A DNA stretch of 64,000 bases, taken from Pirellulales bacterium. Its GTDB lineage: Bacteria > Planctomycetota > Planctomycetia > Pirellulales > JAICIG01. The stretch covers positions 8,559-72,558 of the forward strand of contig JBBDYJ010000014.1 of NCBI GenBank assembly GCA_040901675.1, in the 5' to 3' direction. Positions 59,783 through 64,000 of the stretch are shown piece after piece (position 1 is the stretch's first letter; every line of letters starts with the position of its first letter). Made by a program: the position numbers and the translations under genes. The notes under the pieces were generated by a model. It was not told where the DNA came from. It searched no databases and saw only the letters and a list, made by a program, of their open reading frames with translations.

Positions 59783-60268
59783 ATGAAGTTCTCGTTGCTG
59801 ACACTGCTGGGAGCGGTGGCGATTGCCGCGGTAGGGTGTGCGGCGCTGGCGCACCCGGCTCGAGGCTCCGTGATGGCGGTCTTTACTGCGGCCATTGTTT
59901 TGCTCTTGAGCGCCGTGCTGGCGGCCATTTATTGCAAGGCAGCGGTAAGAGCATTCTGGCTGGGGTTTGCGATTTGCGGCTGGAGTTACTTGCTGCTGGT
60001 GTGGGTTTGCCTGGAAAGGGAACTTACCCCTGATCCCAGCGGGCGGATGCTTGCCACCGCCTGGATTCTGGACAAGTTGGCGGAGGCAACGATGGAGCCG
60101 CAGGCGTCGCTCGATTCGCCCTATGCAGACGCAGCTCCGCGGTCGCCGGACGCCACCCGTCGTGCCGCCCCATCCAACCCGTATGCAGCCCGGCCCGGCC
60201 GCCAGCCCGCTTCGGTGCCGACTTATCAGGGCTATTCCGCGTTCTCTTGGAGGACAGACGACGCGTGA
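59783..60268 (+). CDS. Hypothetical membrane protein, paralog of 40346..40891
   Basis: RBS ggaggg. MKFSLLTLLGAVAIAAVGCAAL, RAFWLGF...GWSYL. Confidence 0.7.
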   Translation: MKFSLLTLLGAVAIAAVGCAALAHPARGSVMAVFTAAIVLLLSAVLAAIYCKAAVRAFWLGFAICGWSYLLLVWVCLERELTPDPSGRMLATAWILDKLAEATMEPQASLDSPYADAAPRSPDATRRAAPSNPYAARPGRQPASVPTYQGYSAFSWRTDDA

Positions 60269-60606
60269 TCTCGTCCCTCGCGAAGGCGGTTTGCGCGTTG
60301 CCCTTCCAGCAGGTCGAGCATGGTTGGGATGAACCGGGCCATGTCCTTTTCAGCGAACAGCGGCACGGTGCGCCGGTTACGTTTCAGACGGCGGGCGATT
60401 ACGTCGGCCGCGAATTCGCAGAGCCGGGCCATCAGCACCGAGCTCTGGTCGTTCTCGGTTGCCGGTGCGCCCAACGCCTTGCCGACGCGTTCTTGCAGCT
60501 TGCGCTGGGTCGCCTGGACGAAATCGAAGTGCAGGCCGATCAGGGACCTCAATTCCTGAACGGACAACGCCTTTGACGGTGTCTTCCTTTCGGAGATGGG
60601 ATTCAT
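60232..60606 (-). CDS. Hypothetical protein immediately downstream of the tRNA array
   Basis: Helical protein-like ORF starting just past tRNA-Glu. Confidence 0.5.
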   Translation of the reverse strand: MNPISERKTPSKALSVQELRSLIGLHFDFVQATQRKLQERVGKALGAPATENDQSSVLMARLCEFAADVIARRLKRNRRTVPLFAEKDMARFIPTMLDLLEGQRANRLREGRDHASSVLQENAE

Positions 60607-60624
60607 TTCTTGCATGGCGAGCAA

Positions 60625-60697
60625 TGACCCGTATGGGAATCGAACCCATCTTTCCAGCGTGAGAGGCTGGTGTCCTGGACCGATAGACGAACGGGCC
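60625..60697 (-). tRNA. tRNA-Glu(CTC)
   Basis: GGCCCGT/ACGGGTC acceptor, CCAGC-CTCTCAC-GCTGG, GGTTCGATTCC. No encoded CCA. Confidence 0.93.
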
Positions 60698-60713
60698 GTT
60701 GTTTTTATCAAGA

Positions 60714-60794
60714 TCCGTCGGGCAGGAGTCGAACCTGCACAGCGCGCGGCGGGTGGTTTACAGCCACTTGGGCTCGCCATTGCCCAGCCGACGG
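60714..60794 (-). tRNA. tRNA-Tyr(GTA), atypical
   Basis: CCGTCGG/CCGACGG acceptor, CT-GTA-AA loop, long variable arm, TTCGACT. C at position 8. Confidence 0.85.
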
Positions 60795-60815
60795 TTGAAG
60801 TGGTGACGGCGGAAG

Positions 60816-60889
60816 TCGGCGTGGTCGGATTTGAACCGACGCTCTCCTGCTCCCGAAGCAGGCGGAATCCCAGGCTTTCCTACACGCCG
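60816..60889 (-). tRNA. tRNA-Pro(CGG)
   Basis: CGGCGTG/CACGCCG acceptor, CCTGC-TTCGGGA-GCAGG, TTCAAAT. Confidence 0.9.
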
Positions 60890-60941
60890 CGGTGGGCCAG
60901 ACCCTCAGCGGGCCAAACTCTCAGCGGGCCAATACACTCAG

Positions 60942-61015
60942 TGGGCGCGGAGGGAGTCGAACCCTCGACCTGGTCCTTATAAGAGACTTGCTCTGGCCCG
61001 CTGAGCTACGCGCCG
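60942..61015 (-). tRNA. tRNA-Ile(TAT), rare anticodon
   Basis: TAGCTCAG D-arm, CT-TAT-AA loop, GAGGG-TTCGACT-CCCTC. C1:C72 mismatch, discriminator A. Confidence 0.82.
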
Positions 61016-61043
61016 CCGTAAAGGCCAGGCGAACCTGGCTCAG

Positions 61044-61115
61044 TGGGGCCGAAGGGAGTCGAACCCTTACCTTCCCGCTTAAAAGGCGGAAGCGCTGCCG
61101 TTACGCCACGACCCC
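61044..61115 (-). tRNA. tRNA-Lys(TTT)
   Basis: GGGGTCG/CGGCCCC acceptor, TCCGC-CTTTTAA-GCGGG, TTCGACT. Confidence 0.88.
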
Positions 61116-61188
61116 GCAATGTGGCTTGGGGTGGGCGTATGCGTTTGAGACGGGATGTTCGCTGCATGGTGACCTCGCTGCCTTCCAG

Positions 61189-61259
61189 TTGTCCGGGGTG
61201 GAGTCGAACCACCGCCGGCGACGTATCAGATCGCTATGCTCCCGTTACAACACCGGACA
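61189..61259 (-). tRNA. tRNA-Ile(GAT), atypical
   Basis: TGTCCGG/CCGGACA acceptor, GCGAT-CTGATAC-GTCGC, GGTGG-TTCGACT-CCACC. Confidence 0.82.
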
Positions 61260-61447
61260 ATGATTCAGGACTACCGGGGCTTGCAGGACTACTAGGCTCC
61301 GGAGCCCCGGCAATCCCACCCGCGCAGCGGACAGGACGCGGCAGGGCCGGCGGGCCAGTGCCCTCAACTTCCTTAGACGCGGGCCGAGGGCTCCGGGTTC
61401 GCACGCAACGGCGGAAATGGCCTCCCAAACCGGTCCCAAGTGCGGCG

Positions 61448-62146
61448 TCAGCCGGTCAATGCGTCCACCGGGGCTTGTGCTTCGACAAGCAACTCTTCGA
61501 ACAACGCCAGCCCAGGGAGCAAGTTCGGCGCCTCGGCAGGCTCGTCGATCGACGGCCGCTTCTGGCCGTGGAGCCAGAGACGGAAGCGGCCGTCGTCAAT
61601 CTCCCACCGCTCGACCGAGTCCAGCGGGATGGTGACTGCCTCCCTGCGGCCTAGCAGTCCCGCGGCCTGGTACTCGATCCGATCGCGGACGAGCCGCAAA
61701 TGGTCTGTCCAGGGGGAATGGCCCGCCGCCTCGAGCTCGCCGCGCAGGCGCGTTTTTACCGTCTCGGTCGACCGGTCGAGGATATGCGTCACCAGCGGAA
61801 TCGGGTGCGGGTACGTCAAATCGAGGTCGAGATCCTCCGCTAAGCTGCCAGGCCGCGGCTTGAGCCCGATCACGAACTGCGTTCCCATGTAGCCCATGTC
61901 GGAGAAGACGCGGCTGGCCTTCCACGAGAAGCCGGCGAGCTGGTCGAAGCGGATCGCATGCTCCTTGCGGCCACGCTTCTGGCGGACGCCAAACTGGCAA
62001 ACGCGCAACACGTCGCGCGATGGGATCGAGGCCTTGATGAAGATAAACGCGAGCGGGATCGTCAGCAGCTTGTAGCCCAATCCGACGGGGCTGGTCCAAA
62101 TACAGGCGGCAATGAACACGGCCCCGGCCGCCATGCCAACGTGCAT
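61448..62146 (-). CDS. Hypothetical membrane protein with PH-like domains
   Basis: Two N-terminal TM helices, beta-rich body, APNL...ALF C-terminus. Confidence 0.65.
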   Translation of the reverse strand: MHVGMAAGAVFIAACIWTSPVGLGYKLLTIPLAFIFIKASIPSRDVLRVCQFGVRQKRGRKEHAIRFDQLAGFSWKASRVFSDMGYMGTQFVIGLKPRPGSLAEDLDLDLTYPHPIPLVTHILDRSTETVKTRLRGELEAAGHSPWTDHLRLVRDRIEYQAAGLLGRREAVTIPLDSVERWEIDDGRFRLWLHGQKRPSIDEPAEAPNLLPGLALFEELLVEAQAPVDALTG

Positions 62147-62196
62147 GCGCTTCGGCTTCGAAGAATAATAACTCCGGTCCCTGGGTGCGAGCGCTG

Positions 62197-63297
62197 CTAC
62201 AACAGATTGACGACGCGGTCGGCCAGGCCCTTTTCACCCAGCACGACGTTCAGCTTGCCGGCCGAGGCGACCTTCTCCAGCACCTCCAGCTCCTTGAGAC
62301 GCATCAACGTCGGGCTTTCCTGGAGCAACCGGGCCGTGTTGGCCTGGCTGCGCATGGCGGCCGTCTCCTCGCGGCGGGCGATCAGGTTGGCCTCGGCGGC
62401 CTTCTTGGCCTCCGTGACCTTGTTCATCAGGTCCTTCATTTCGCCCGGTAGAATCACGTCGCGGACGCCTACCGAAATCAGTTCCAGACCCAGCACGGCC
62501 GCACGGGGGCGGACCACGTCGGCCAGTTCCTGCGCGACCGCGTCTTTTTCGGCCAGGAACAGATCGAGCTCGCGAGAGCCCACGATGGCGCGCAGCGCCA
62601 TCTGGGCCTCGCGGTACAGCGACTGGCGCACGTCGTCGGCCACGCTCACGGCCTGGCGAGCATCGGCGACGCGATAAGTCACTACGGCGTTGAGGCGCAG
62701 TGTCACCTTGTCCGCGGTCATGATCTCCTGGCCGCTGATATCGAGCATCGCTTCGCGCAGGTCCTGCTGGACACACTTGACCTGGGCCATGTTCTTCCAG
62801 AAGGCATAGCGGCCCGGGGGCAGCGTCTCGACGTAGTCGCCGTCGATCAAAAGGACGCCCTGGCAGTGTGGCTCGACCGTGGTCAGATCGAGCACGCGCT
62901 CCACCAACGGCGAACGCGAGATCACCGGCAGGTCCTTATGCTCGAAACGTACGCGGCGAGCGTCGACCACCTCGACCTTCACTTCCCGCAGCAGCGTCCA
63001 ATAGGCATACAAGCCCGGCGGCAGAACGTGGCTGAAGCGGCCTTCGATCCAGACCAAGGCGCGCTGGTAGTCCTTCAAGTCGACAACGACGGCCCGGTCC
63101 TGCAGCGCGCCGGAGCGGACGATCACGTCGAGCTTGTCGTGCACCAGCCACGGATCACGCTGCGAGACAACGTCGACGCGGACCTTGCCCAGCGGATCGA
63201 AGATCCAATAGTGGCCGGGCGGGACCAGACCCTCAAACTCGTCCTCCCGGAAGCGAAGGCCCATTTCGTAGCTGCGGATTTTGACGCGATGGAACAT
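62197..63297 (-). CDS. Slipin / SPFH (band 7) family protein
   Basis: Repeated L.PG.Y..W units, QEIMTADKV.LR.N, VRDVILPG, RSQANTA, LMRLKELE. Confidence 0.9.
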   Translation of the reverse strand: MFHRVKIRSYEMGLRFREDEFEGLVPPGHYWIFDPLGKVRVDVVSQRDPWLVHDKLDVIVRSGALQDRAVVVDLKDYQRALVWIEGRFSHVLPPGLYAYWTLLREVKVEVVDARRVRFEHKDLPVISRSPLVERVLDLTTVEPHCQGVLLIDGDYVETLPPGRYAFWKNMAQVKCVQQDLREAMLDISGQEIMTADKVTLRLNAVVTYRVADARQAVSVADDVRQSLYREAQMALRAIVGSRELDLFLAEKDAVAQELADVVRPRAAVLGLELISVGVRDVILPGEMKDLMNKVTEAKKAAEANLIARREETAAMRSQANTARLLQESPTLMRLKELEVLEKVASAGKLNVVLGEKGLADRVVNLL

Positions 63298-63739
63298 GAA
63301 TATGTCTTATCCTTCTGCACGCAGCCTGGTTGAGAGAGTGACACCCAAGCCAGACACGTGGTTCAGCACAAAACGCCCTCGGGCGGCGTGCATTCCAGCC
63401 GGTCACACGATCTGGTGCGGAGTGCGCTTCAGCGCCGACCGCCGGAGGCGCCGGCAACCTTTGGCCGCAAGCCGGCACAGCCTGCGCCGCGCCGAACATG
63501 CAACGATCGATTGCCTTGGCCCTCGACTGGCCGACGCGGTATCCACGCACTTCAAGGCACTTGCTTCGTGTTGCGGTCGGCCGTGGCGCGAACCCTGTCG
63601 GGATTAGCACCGCGGCACGTTGCCGCGGGCAATCCTGGCTGGCTCGCGCACGACACAACCGGCCGCGGACCAGGTGGACTGACCGCCTCCCTCGGGCCTT
63701 GGTGGTGGCGCTTTCGCGCCTGGAGCGGGGTTCAGCCCG

Positions 63740-63812
63740 CGGGTGGTGCAGGAGTCGAACCTGCGACAGCCAGATCCGTAATCTGGTGCTCTTCCGTCTG
63801 AGCTAACCACGC
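63740..63812 (-). tRNA. tRNA-Arg(ACG)
   Basis: TAGCTCAG D-arm, CCAGA-TTACGGA-TCTGG, GCAGG-TTCGACT-CCTGC. C2:C71 mismatch. Confidence 0.88.
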
Positions 63813-63931
63813 ACCGTGCCGCCTTCGTCATAACCCGTTCACGGAACGCACGTGGACCAGCGAAAAACATCGCGTCCTCGTGCGCCGCCGGCCCGGCGGC
63901 ACGACCGTCACTTCAACTAAGTTCATCTGAA

Positions 63932-64000
63932 CATCCTCGCCAGGAATCGAACCTGGTCCTCGACCTTCGCAGAGTCGTATGCGTGTCCGGCACACCCCGA
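63932..64000 (-). tRNA. tRNA-Arg(GCG), rare anticodon, 5' end outside the window
   Basis: CGACT-CTGCGAA-GGTCG anticodon arm, CCAGG-TTCGATT-CCTGG T-arm. Confidence 0.75.

Noticed and set aside
61006..61212. Short ORF containing MQRTSRLKRIRPP within the tRNA array
   Set aside because: It has an RBS-like site but reads through tRNA-Lys, with no supporting motif.

Overview
GC-rich bacterial chromosomal segment, most likely Planctomycetota (Pirellulales-like), judged from DUF1501 and DUF1549/DUF1553 cytochrome genes, a PEP-CTERM protein and QF-x-L-x-TLL membrane proteins. Housekeeping genes include rsmG, carA, a class I/II aminotransferase, a PpiC-type foldase, rpsB-tsf-pyrH-frr and tRNA-Leu(TAG). 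The main signal is three in-frame TGA-split genes. One is the classical selenocysteine formate dehydrogenase alpha subunit. The other two are unexpected secreted candidates: a thioredoxin/SelN-like protein with a C-U motif and an FG-GAP repeat protein with a W-U-C motif. All three carry a hairpin of the same geometry (12-nt spacer, 6-7 bp stem, 5-nt NGTNN loop), consistent with a shared bacterial SECIS. Other points of interest are a coiled-coil/FGE-fold/TRAFAC GTPase/GAP1-N2 operon, a REP-like element family with empty, filled and self-nested states, a duplicated promoter plus signal-peptide cassette, a duplicated and fused ParD-like antitoxin, and a structured putative antisense/attenuator RNA. 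The window ends in an atypical minus-strand tRNA array (at least 8 tRNAs, including Ile-UAU and Arg-GCG) containing a slipin/SPFH gene. All calls come from reading the sequence and motifs; no database searches were run.
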